A DNA stretch of 64,000 bases from Patescibacteria group bacterium (GTDB taxonomy: Bacteria > Patescibacteriota > Minisyncoccia > GCA-002772825), in assembly GCA_024654625.1 (NCBI GenBank), contig JANLHB010000016.1:128137-192136 (forward strand), read 5' to 3'. Numbering within the stretch: position 1 is the first letter of the stretch; each line of letters starts with the position of its first letter. The position numbers were made by a program, and so were the translations under genes. The notes beneath the pieces were generated by a model, which saw only the letters and a program-made list of their open reading frames with translations, ran no database searches and had not been told where the DNA came from. Of this stretch, positions 55,001 through 63,167 are shown piece by piece.

Positions 55001-58000
55001 CAAGTTCAATATGATTCAGGTCTAACCGGCTGGTCTGTTGAAGATTACTTAACTTTGTATTCTGCTCCTACATCAGGCACCCCTTCGGTAAGTGGAGTGT
55101 CGGGAGCATTCACTAATGATTCTGCAATCACAATCACGGGCAGTAGCTTTGGCGCCAATGGACCCAACATCGTAGTCTTTGACGATTTTGAGAGGGGGAC
55201 GAACGGAAGTGTTGTCGCAACCGGCGCAAACTCTGCTACCATAGGAAAATGGGACAGAGTGGGGGGTGGAGATAACAGCAACCCGCCAAAGTATGATAAT
55301 ACCTATTCCGTTTCGGGGAATATGGCGTTTAAGGGGGATGCCACGAAGCAAACCAACCCCGGCAGTTCAGATTCTACCAGCGCCGCCTTTATTGATAATT
55401 TAAACTCTTCGGATGTTTATCTTTCATATTGGGTCTATTGGCCGACCACTTCTAGTTTCCCCTGCAAAGATGGGGGGATTTGTAATATTAAATACGCATG
55501 GTTTTATGACACCACTACATTAAATGATAGGACTATGTTTTCATCTATGCCTAGCAGTAACAGCACCGTCAGCTCCATTTATTTTTTTGGTAACGGAAGC
55601 GCTACCGGCGAACATTATTTCTCACCTTCTGTATCCATGCAAAAAGGGAAATGGTACAGATTGTCCGGCTGGATACACGGCGCTTCCGATTCTTCAGGCC
55701 GGGAGAATGCTTGGATTATGAGCCCTTCTGATCAAGCGAATATCGCTGTGTCTCAAAGAGTAGGTTATTCAGGACCAGTACTTAATCCAGGAGGATTATT
55801 CAAACACTTCTCTTTTAATGCATACGAAAGGTGGTGCAACGACTGTGCTGAAAGCGCCCCAAGGTTTGACGACGTCTATTTGGCAACCGGACCAAACGCC
55901 CGCGCAAGAGTAGAAATAGGCAACGCCTCCACCTACAATGCCAGCACCAATCTTGCCATAGCTACTGTAACTTCCTGGAGCGACAGCTCTATCACGGCGA
56001 CAGTAAGACAAGGCTCTTTCACCCCCGGCCAAACCGCCTACCTCTATGTCATAGACGCCAACGGCAATGTCAGCGCCGGCAAACAGATAACGATAGGAGG
56101 GACAAGTGCCCCACCTACCTTGGGTGACCCTGTGGTGAGTGGAGTCTCGAGCACGTTCAATCATGGTTCCAGTGTCACGCTAACGGGTAGCAATTTCGGA
56201 TTAAAAGCTTCAGCCACCCCAATGGTATGGGAAAACTTTGAGTGGGGCGTGAACGGGGATGAGATAACCGGAAAAAATGGATGGATTGAATCGAACGCCG
56301 CGACTCAACCGAATACTTCTATAAATACCGCGCAGGCTTACGGTGCCGGTTCCCGTTCTTCCTATTACATGGTAGACCCCCCGGAAGGCAGTCAAGCGTC
56401 GGAGACTCAGGAATTCGGGTTTATAAAGAAAACATTTCCTGAAAGCGATCAAGTTTATGTCAGTTATTTGACGAGAATTGATCAAACTGTCGCTTCGGGT
56501 TCAAGAATGTGGAAGATTGGCAGAATTGGAAATTGGAGTACCGTACCTTCTTACAATCAGCCTCCATATATGGGAGTTACTTGGTTTCCTACAGAATGGA
56601 ACTCTCATTATGATGTAGGGAATGGGCAGACGGGGGTATACGATGGTGGCGGTTATGCGACTAACACATGGCATCGAGTGGAAATGTGGATTAAGTTGTC
56701 AAGCCCTGCTGATACCGCAAACGGAGAACTGGAGTACTGGTTAAATTATGCGCAGAAAAATCCTAAGAATGTTACCGTAACAAGAACAGCGACCATTGCA
56801 AATGAGAAAATAGATACATTTACTTCTCCTCATATGTATGTTAATGCCGTTGGGGGGAAATATGAAATATGGATGGATGATGTATATATTGATAATACAA
56901 AATCCAGAACAGAGCTTTGCAATAGTTCTACATGGGCTACTCGCATTCAGTGCGAAATCCAAATACCATCCGCATGGTCTCCCAACTCTATCACTCTCAC
57001 CGCAAATCAAGGTGCGTTCACTCCCGGCCAGACAGTCTATCTCTATGTCATAGACGCCTCCGGCAAAGTGAACGCAAGCGGTTATCCTGTAACGATAGGG
57101 GGGATAAGTACTCCCACCTACCAATGTTCCGACGGCACCGACAACGACAGTGATGGTTTTACTGACTACCCTTCAGACCCCGGTTGTACTTCCACCACCG
57201 ACAACAACGAATACAATCCACCAGCCGACACCACCGCCCCAGTCCTCACCGCCATCACCGCAACCTCAATCGGCCCAAACTCCGCCACCATCTCCTGGGC
57301 CACCAACGAACCGTCAGACACTCAGGTAGAGTATGGTCTCTCCACTTCTTATGGTACTGCCACCAACTTAAACTCCAACCTGACCACCACCCACAGTCAG
57401 ACCTTAAACAACCTTTCACCTTCTACCCTCTACCACTACCGAGTAAGGTCAGTTGACGCTTCAGGCAACAACTCTATCTCCACCGACCAGACCTTCACTA
57501 CTTCAGGAGTTCCGGACACCACCCCACCTTCTGCCATCACCAACCTCTCCACCTCCTTCATCAACCACACCTCCATTACTCTAAACTGGACCGCACCGGG
57601 AGATGATGGCACCCAAGGTGCCACCCGCTCTTACGATATAAGGTATTCAACTTCACCGATAGACGACACAAATTTCTCTTCTACCACTCAAGTCACCGGA
57701 GAACCAACCCCTAAAGTCTCCGGCACCTCGGAATCTTATCCTATCGCCGGCCTCTCTTCAGCCACCACCTACTACTTTGCCCTGAAAACCACCGACGATG
57801 CCGGTAATGTCTCACCCCTCTCCAACATCGCTAGTGACACCACTCACTCTCTCACCCTCTCCGTCAATCTCTCCGCCAACAAAACATCAGGCAACCCACC
57901 ATTATCCATCAACCTCACTGCCTCATCCGCCGGCGACACCTTAGGTCAGACCACCTACACCTTCTATTGCAACAGGGAAGACACCGGCACCAACATCACC

Positions 58001-59035
58001 ACCGACTACAACACTCAAGGCCCATTAGAAACCCACACCTGTACTTACCCCACCGTCGGAAGTTACACCGCTAAAGTGATCGCCCAGAGAGGTACCATCT
58101 CCTCAGAAAACAGAGTCAGTATCAATGTCACATCTCCAACTACCACCGGAAACACCACCACCGTCACTTCAGGTGGGGGAGGAGGAGGCGGATCCTACGG
58201 CGGCGGCGGTAACTACTACGACACCACTCCACCAGCTGTCCCTCAAGCCTTCACCGCCCAATCCGCCGAGAACCAAGCCACCCTTACTTGGACCAACCCA
58301 CCCGACTCCGACTTTGTCCGTGTGGCGGTCGTCCGTTCTCTTACTCCTATCTCTAACCTCTCCACTTTCACTCAAGCCCAGACTCAAGGAGAAGTAATCT
58401 ATGAAGGAACAGACAACGAATACACCGACATTAATCTTTCCAACAATACCCCTTACTATTACGCCATCTACTCTTACGACAAGAAACCTAACTACTCCAA
58501 TCCGATTATCGTCACTGCCACTCCGAAACTCGGTCAGACCTCTATCTCCACCCAAACAACACCAACCTCTCTTCCTATCTTCACCCCAACCATCACCACT
58601 CTCCCACCGCTAGAGGGTCCGTTCTCCATCGGTATGGAAAACAATCAAGTCAAACTCCTCCAACAATACTTAGCTCAGGACAAAGAGATCTATCCCGAAG
58701 GGATCACTTCCGGCTACTACGGCGCCTTAACTCAAAGAGCCGTCGAAAGATTCCAAAAGAAATACAATATCATCTCTTCCGGTTCCCCTTACACCACAGG
58801 CTACGGTCTTGCCGGTCCCGGCACCCGTGCCAAGATCATGGCCGTCTTAGGTGCCACCCTTTCCACCTATGGTGGGGGAGTAAGCACCCTACCTGGGCAG
58901 ACAATCCCAACCTCCGAAGATGCCCTGAAAGCCCTCTTGATGAAACAGATTGAAGAACTTCAGGCGATCTTGCAAGATCTTTTAGCTCAACTGGTAGAGG
59001 CTTTGATGTTGCAACTTCAGGGGATGGCGAGGTAG
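52037..59035 (+). CDS. Giant secreted surface protein: N-terminal beta-helix-like region, two MopE-like Cys/Asp metal-binding motifs, three tandem ~350-aa modules ending in IPT/TIG-like domains, FN3 and PKD-like domains, a Gly-rich linker and a C-terminal peptidoglycan-binding domain
   Basis: Signal-anchor LILLAISLFLLFSSF. YQCSDGLDNDGNGLTDYPSDSGCTSTTDN is repeated at aa ~365 and ~1,695. FN3-like TAPVLTAITATSIGPNSATISWATNEPSDTQVEYG...YHYRVRSVDASGN. C-terminal PG_binding_1-like VKLLQQYLAQDKEIYPEGITSGYYGALTQRAVERFQKKYN. Confidence 0.85.
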   Translation: MILKLFKGREGVKTNRNLTSKLILLAISLFLLFSSFTQTTEAATESIKTIREDGTGDYTSLSAWEAGEQRDLTATDEIAVARIEGTWTNPDTTAVTIDGWTTDATRYIRIYTAPEARHTGKWDTGRYMLQAGGNTLNIQEQYTRIDGLQVYQTNSGNWNNGAINVNVAKPYVQISNNIVKSALANNVSLNGGGALILIQYFNNTSNINKIWNNILYDKPGTYGIGINAYGYNEITYIYNNTITGSAVGIYVYTGIYEVVVAKNNLVYNNTDNYNGTFNVASTNNLSGHSQADAPGSNSKNSTTVFFVDSTSKDFHLVSGDTGAKDSGTDLSGDANLAFSTDIDGETRSGTWDIGADETSGGTPPPSYQCSDGLDNDGNGLTDYPSDSGCTSTTDNDEYNAPTDITPPTRSTGSPTGTLTSGTTSTTLSITTDENATCKYGVNSNTAYASIPNTFSITGGTSHTTTLTGLTGGTSYTYYIRCQDTAGNPNTSDYPITFSVASAPTTGTPSVSGVSGAFTNDSAITITGSSFGSNGPNIVVFDDFEGGTNGSVVSTGANSATVGKWDRVGGGDNNNPPVYDNIFSVSGSRAMKSDYTVKTNTGTDSNSAAFVDGIDTGDVFLSYWYYLPTTSSFPCYNRGICNWKVAWLYGADTRYDDQVLPVGLPGGTTPPYSSWAVSCNDCFGGTANWYTLNMAKGKWYRVSAWVHATPDSSSEKTLWVVSTDDAIPVTQKVNWTGQIFKDIGDVFKTFSFSSWARWCNDCAESAPRFDDVYMATGSNARARVEIGNASTYSASTNLSIATVTSWSDSSIAATVRQGSFTPGQTAYLYVIDANGNVSAGKQITIGGTSVPLTDITAPTTTTSLLGGTYNGAQTVTLSTNETATTYYTIDGSTPTISLTVYSSAISIPQTTTLKYFSVDTAGNTEGVKTQTYTINTSTKFSLNNRVQTTSTLNVRQTPSATGTLLGTEAQGNLGTVTGGPTYADSFWWWQVQYDSGLTGWSVEDYLTLYSAPTSGTPSVSGVSGAFTNDSAITITGSSFGANGPNIVVFDDFERGTNGSVVATGANSATIGKWDRVGGGDNSNPPKYDNTYSVSGNMAFKGDATKQTNPGSSDSTSAAFIDNLNSSDVYLSYWVYWPTTSSFPCKDGGICNIKYAWFYDTTTLNDRTMFSSMPSSNSTVSSIYFFGNGSATGEHYFSPSVSMQKGKWYRLSGWIHGASDSSGRENAWIMSPSDQANIAVSQRVGYSGPVLNPGGLFKHFSFNAYERWCNDCAESAPRFDDVYLATGPNARARVEIGNASTYNASTNLAIATVTSWSDSSITATVRQGSFTPGQTAYLYVIDANGNVSAGKQITIGGTSAPPTLGDPVVSGVSSTFNHGSSVTLTGSNFGLKASATPMVWENFEWGVNGDEITGKNGWIESNAATQPNTSINTAQAYGAGSRSSYYMVDPPEGSQASETQEFGFIKKTFPESDQVYVSYLTRIDQTVASGSRMWKIGRIGNWSTVPSYNQPPYMGVTWFPTEWNSHYDVGNGQTGVYDGGGYATNTWHRVEMWIKLSSPADTANGELEYWLNYAQKNPKNVTVTRTATIANEKIDTFTSPHMYVNAVGGKYEIWMDDVYIDNTKSRTELCNSSTWATRIQCEIQIPSAWSPNSITLTANQGAFTPGQTVYLYVIDASGKVNASGYPVTIGGISTPTYQCSDGTDNDSDGFTDYPSDPGCTSTTDNNEYNPPADTTAPVLTAITATSIGPNSATISWATNEPSDTQVEYGLSTSYGTATNLNSNLTTTHSQTLNNLSPSTLYHYRVRSVDASGNNSISTDQTFTTSGVPDTTPPSAITNLSTSFINHTSITLNWTAPGDDGTQGATRSYDIRYSTSPIDDTNFSSTTQVTGEPTPKVSGTSESYPIAGLSSATTYYFALKTTDDAGNVSPLSNIASDTTHSLTLSVNLSANKTSGNPPLSINLTASSAGDTLGQTTYTFYCNREDTGTNITTDYNTQGPLETHTCTYPTVGSYTAKVIAQRGTISSENRVSINVTSPTTTGNTTTVTSGGGGGGGSYGGGGNYYDTTPPAVPQAFTAQSAENQATLTWTNPPDSDFVRVAVVRSLTPISNLSTFTQAQTQGEVIYEGTDNEYTDINLSNNTPYYYAIYSYDKKPNYSNPIIVTATPKLGQTSISTQTTPTSLPIFTPTITTLPPLEGPFSIGMENNQVKLLQQYLAQDKEIYPEGITSGYYGALTQRAVERFQKKYNIISSGSPYTTGYGLAGPGTRAKIMAVLGATLSTYGGGVSTLPGQTIPTSEDALKALLMKQIEELQAILQDLLAQLVEALMLQLQGMAR

Positions 59036-59059
59036 GTTTGACTTAAGTTAAGGTAACAA

Positions 59060-59186
59060 TTAAACGCCTGCCTGCCGGTAGGCAGGGCTCAATGCTAAAC
59101 GGCTCATTCCTTAAGGGGAATGAGCCGTTTAGGTTTAGGAGTGAGGCGTTTAGGTAGTTGACCCCGTCGCTCGCGAGCGACGGGGT
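59060..59186 (+). terminator. Three consecutive strong hairpins after the giant gene: CCTGCC..GGCAGG, AAACGGCTCATTCC-TTAAGG-GGAATGAGCCGTTT and ACCCCGTCGCTCG/CGAGCGACGGGGT
   Basis: Perfect 14-bp and 13-bp inverted repeats read from the sequence. CGTTTAGGT is also directly repeated twice. Confidence 0.5.
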
Positions 59187-59219
59187 TGATTTATAGACAA
59201 AAATATATATAATAGGAGG

Positions 59220-59867
59220 ATGACAAAATTAATGTTAAACGCTGAAAAACGCGATGTTTTAAGGAAGAGACTCAAGGAATCCCGTCTAGGCGGGAAGCTT
59301 CCTGCGGTTGTTTATGGACCTAAGACTAAGCCTGTATCAATATTTGTTTCTTCTGTAGATTTTAAAAAAGTATTTAATGAGGCTGGAGAATCAACTGTTG
59401 TTGATTTAAAGCTTGATAATAAACCCTTAAGCGTTCTTATTCATGAAGTATCTATTGACCCTGTTTCAAGAGAGCCTCTTCATGTTGATTTTTATGCCGC
59501 TCTGATGAATAAACCGGTTGAAGCAAGTATTTTTCTTGAATTTGTCGGTATATCGCCTGCTGTAAAAGGATTAGGCGGCATGCTTGTAAAAGTGATGCAC
59601 GAGATTGAGGTTGAAGCTCTTCCTGCAAATCTTCCTCATAGTCTTGAGGTGGATATTTCAGTACTTGTTAATTTGGGTGATCATATTATTGCTTCTCAAA
59701 TTCCAATGCCTTCCGGCGTTAAACTTATCACTAAAGGAGACGAGAGTATCGTCTTGGTAGAAGCTCCTAGGGAAGAAAAAGTGGAAGAAGTAGAAAAAAC
59801 AATAGCAGATATTGAAGTAGAGAAGAAGGGCAAGAAAGAAGAAGTTGAAGCTGAAGTTGAAGGATAA
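59220..59867 (+). CDS. rplY: Ribosomal protein L25 (general stress protein Ctc form)
   Basis: MTKLMLNAEKRDVLRKRLKESRLGGKLPAVVYGPKTKPVSIFV resembles the L25 N-terminus. C-terminal acidic extension. Confidence 0.75.
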   Translation: MTKLMLNAEKRDVLRKRLKESRLGGKLPAVVYGPKTKPVSIFVSSVDFKKVFNEAGESTVVDLKLDNKPLSVLIHEVSIDPVSREPLHVDFYAALMNKPVEASIFLEFVGISPAVKGLGGMLVKVMHEIEVEALPANLPHSLEVDISVLVNLGDHIIASQIPMPSGVKLITKGDESIVLVEAPREEKVEEVEKTIADIEVEKKGKKEEVEAEVEG

Positions 59868-59897
59868 AATAATCTCTTTAAAAAAAGAGCCTCATTT

Positions 59898-61235
59898 ATG
59901 TTAAAAAAAAATTTATTTTTTTTCGCTATCTTTCTATCCATTTTTGTTTTTTTATCCGGGTACAATTCTTTGTCTGCGGAAATTTTAGACCCTGATACGG
60001 TTATTAAAAAAAGAGCGGAACTTGAAGCAGAGCTCGCTGATATTGAAAGGCAGATTGATGCTCAAAATTCCATAATCAAAGAAAAGCAAAGAGAATCAAC
60101 AACACTTGAGAGAGATATTGCAATTTTTGAAAGTAAGATAGAAAAATCGCGGCTTGAGATTAAGGCAAGAGATTTAGCTATAAAAAAATTAGGAAACTCA
60201 ATAAAAGAGAAAGAAGGTGTCATAGGGATATTATCTTCAAAGATAGATAGAGAGAAGGAGTCTCTGGGCGAGCTTTTAAGGAGGACTAATGAGATTGATT
60301 CAACCTCTCTTATTGAGGTTATATTAGGGTATGAGGATATGTCCGATTTTTTCAACGACTTAGACACTTTCGGTTTTATAGAAGAGGCGGTACAAGATTC
60401 GTTTAATGAACTGAGAAATGATGTTACTAAAACTCAAGCGGAGAAAGAGGAGCTTGTGTCGGCTAGGACTGAGCAATATGAACTAAAGTCAATTCAGGAG
60501 CTTCAAGAAAAAAAGAATCAAGAGTATAAGAAAGAGAAGGAGCAGATTTTAAAAATCACTAAGGGCGAAGAGAAAAAATATCAGGAGATTTTGAAAGAGA
60601 AGCAAAAAAGCGCGGCAGAGATAAAGAGCGCCTTGTTTGTCCTAAGGGGGTCTGACGCTATTCCTTTTGAAAAGGCGCTTCTTTATGCGAATAATGTTTT
60701 TAGGGAGACGGGCGTAAGACCGGCGTTTCTACTTGGCATAATAACGGAAGAATCAAATTTAGGCGCTAATGTAGGCTCTGGTAACTGGAAAGATGATTTA
60801 TATGATTGTTATATCAGGATAGGGTATAAGACTTCTGCTGAAAAGCAAAAGACTGCGTTTATGGAAATAACAAGCGAGTTAAGGCTTAATCCTGATATTT
60901 TGCCTGTATCTAAAGCTCCTTATTACGGGTGCGGAGGCGCTATGGGTCCGGCGCAGTTTATGCCTACAACTTGGAGTTTGTATAAAGATTTGATAGCAAA
61001 AAAGACAGGTAATAATCCGCCTAGCCCATGGAATCCGGAAGATGCTTTTATGGCTTCAGGATTACTTCTAAAAGATAATGGAGCGGCGGCCGGCGGATAT
61101 GAGGCTGAGCGCCGAGCCGCGCTTAGATATCTGGCCGGAGGCAATTGGCAGAAACCGGCTTATGCTTTTTATGGAGATGATGTTATGGAAATAGCCGCTA
61201 AATATCAAAGCCAGATAAATATACTCGGCTTGTAG
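59898..61235 (+). CDS. Secreted coiled-coil protein with a C-terminal lysozyme-like/transglycosylase-like domain
   Basis: Signal peptide (LFFFAIFLSIFVFLSG), about 250 aa of coiled coil, then ...LLGIITEESNLGANVGSG... (ES-containing, SLT-like). Confidence 0.5.
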   Translation: MLKKNLFFFAIFLSIFVFLSGYNSLSAEILDPDTVIKKRAELEAELADIERQIDAQNSIIKEKQRESTTLERDIAIFESKIEKSRLEIKARDLAIKKLGNSIKEKEGVIGILSSKIDREKESLGELLRRTNEIDSTSLIEVILGYEDMSDFFNDLDTFGFIEEAVQDSFNELRNDVTKTQAEKEELVSARTEQYELKSIQELQEKKNQEYKKEKEQILKITKGEEKKYQEILKEKQKSAAEIKSALFVLRGSDAIPFEKALLYANNVFRETGVRPAFLLGIITEESNLGANVGSGNWKDDLYDCYIRIGYKTSAEKQKTAFMEITSELRLNPDILPVSKAPYYGCGGAMGPAQFMPTTWSLYKDLIAKKTGNNPPSPWNPEDAFMASGLLLKDNGAAAGGYEAERRAALRYLAGGNWQKPAYAFYGDDVMEIAAKYQSQINILGL

Positions 61236-61246
61236 TTTGTAATATA

Positions 61247-62224
61247 TTATTGAAGAAGAGCCTTTTCTTCTTCAAGCAGACTATCTATTATAGGATCAAG
61301 ATTTCCATTTAGAATATTCTCTATATTGCTCCAAGATTTCTTTATGCGGTGGTCTGTTATCCTGTCTTGAAGAAAATTATAAGTTCTAATTTTTTCTGAT
61401 CTGTCCCCTGTGCCTATTTGGCCTTTTCTTTCACTGGCCAATTTTTTTTCTTCTTCTTGGCGCTTTATGTCTTCAAGTCTGCTTGAAAGAAGACTGAGCG
61501 CTTTTTCTTTATTTTTCAATTGGCTTCTTTCGCTAGTGCAATGAACCATAAGACCGGATGGCTTGTGGACTATGCGGACAGCTGTTTCAACTTTGTTTAC
61601 ATTTTGTCCGCCTGCGCCGCCTGAGCGCGCAAATGTTATTTCAATATCTTCCGGTTTTATTTCAATTAAGGAGCTTTTCGGTCTAAGGGGCATTACTGCA
61701 ACTGATGCGGTTGAAGTGTGTATTCTGCCGGATTTTTCTGTTGCCGGCACTCTTTGGACGCGATGTACTCCGGATTCAAGCCTCAGTTTTTTATAAGCGT
61801 CAGTTCCTTTAATTTCAAAAACCGCTTCTTTATATCCGCCGGAAGCGCTTTTTGATTCGTCCAGTTTTGTAACGCTCCAATTGTTTTTCTCAGCGTATTT
61901 TCCGTACATTTCCGAAAGATTGAATGCAAAAATAGAAGCTTCATCGCCACCGGCGCCAGCGCGTATCTCAAGTATTATTGATTTAGACTCTTCCTGTTCT
62001 TCAGGTTTCTTGGCTTCTAAAATGAGCCGAGCCTGATTTAAGATTTCGTCTTTTTGTTTAGAGAGAGATAAAATTTCTTCCTCGCTTAAGTCTTTCATCT
62101 CAGGGTTGGAAATAATTATCTTCTCTAATTCTTTTATCTTATTTTCAATACGCAAATATTCTTCCTGGAGATATTTTGTTTTATAGTCTTCTAATTCTTT
62201 TGGTAACATAGAGTAAATATTCAT
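61247..62224 (-). CDS. prfA: Peptide chain release factor 1
   Basis: [16 protein letters not shown] (GGQ) and [25 protein letters not shown]. The PAT/PxT tripeptide discriminates RF1 from the SPF of RF2. Confidence 0.8.
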   Translation of the reverse strand: MNIYSMLPKELEDYKTKYLQEEYLRIENKIKELEKIIISNPEMKDLSEEEILSLSKQKDEILNQARLILEAKKPEEQEESKSIILEIRAGAGGDEASIFAFNLSEMYGKYAEKNNWSVTKLDESKSASGGYKEAVFEIKGTDAYKKLRLESGVHRVQRVPATEKSGRIHTSTASVAVMPLRPKSSLIEIKPEDIEITFARSGGAGGQNVNKVETAVRIVHKPSGLMVHCTSERSQLKNKEKALSLLSSRLEDIKRQEEEKKLASERKGQIGTGDRSEKIRTYNFLQDRITDHRIKKSWSNIENILNGNLDPIIDSLLEEEKALLQ

Positions 62225-62272
62225 CTTGCATCGGCTTAGGCCACAAATCTGATTTGCAAGCGGGGTTTTTGG

Positions 62273-62551
62273 TTATTTTGCTTTTGTCTCTTCTTTAGCT
62301 TCTTTTTTTGACTTAGTTTGAGTTTTTTTGGTTTTTTCTAGGTGTATTTTAGATGATTCAAGGCGCGCGCGGAATTTCTCAACCCTTCCTGTTGAGTCTA
62401 TAAGTTTCTCTTTTCCGGTGAAAAACGGATGGCAAGCGCTACAAATTTCCATCTCTATGTTTTTTTTAGTAGAGCCGGCTTTTATAATGTTTCCACAAGC
62501 GCATTTTATGACTGCGTCTGTGTAATATTCTGGGTGAGTGTCTTTTTTCAT
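62273..62551 (-). CDS. rpmE: Ribosomal protein L31 (Zn-ribbon type) with a lysine-rich C-terminal extension
   Basis: [47 protein letters not shown]. Confidence 0.85.
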   Translation of the reverse strand: MKKDTHPEYYTDAVIKCACGNIIKAGSTKKNIEMEICSACHPFFTGKEKLIDSTGRVEKFRARLESSKIHLEKTKKTQTKSKKEAKEETKAK

Positions 62552-62753
62552 AATATTATTATTTAATTTGTGAATACTTGCCCGTCCGAAGCTTTAGCGA
62601 AGGAGTAGGGTCTTTTTCCATTGTCAGAATATACTACCAAAAATGGTTTTAAAAGGCAAGTGTCTTGGCGGTTGAACCGCCAATTATTATTATCCCCATT
62701 TAGTCACTTTTTCCCATTGATTATCTTATTTTTTATTTGTAGAATTAAGGTAA

Positions 62754-63149
62754 ATGAAAGACGAATCAAATGGGAAGTTAAAAATAGATCCGAGAGTGAC
62801 CCCGCTTCGCAAGAAAGAGCTGTTTTCCAACCTTAATTATATAGAAGCCGCGGTTTTAGTTTTAGGAGTAAGTATTTTAATTTTTGTATTGATAAATGTA
62901 AAGAGAAGAGAAGCGGGAATCTTAGATAATGAAGGATTACGTATTCAGGAAGAAAATGAAACACAGAAAAATGAATTGATTGATTTAAGAGAGAAAGCGG
63001 GCGTTAACCTGCTTTCCGAACAAGAAAAACAGGAACAGTTAAGTGAATTAGACGGCTTTAGGAATCAGACCGAAGTCAAGCCTTTTTCTTCCGATGAAAA
63101 ACAGCAACAACTTGACGAGTTAAATAAATTACACAATTTAAATTATTAA
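62754..63149 (+). CDS. Small membrane-anchored coiled-coil protein
   Basis: 131 aa with one transmembrane segment (AAVLVLGVSILIFVLI) and E/Q/K-rich repeats (LSEQEKQEQLSELD / SSDEKQQQLDELN). Confidence 0.45.
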   Translation: MKDESNGKLKIDPRVTPLRKKELFSNLNYIEAAVLVLGVSILIFVLINVKRREAGILDNEGLRIQEENETQKNELIDLREKAGVNLLSEQEKQEQLSELDGFRNQTEVKPFSSDEKQQQLDELNKLHNLNY

Positions 63150-63167
63150 TTAGCATTTTAAATATAT

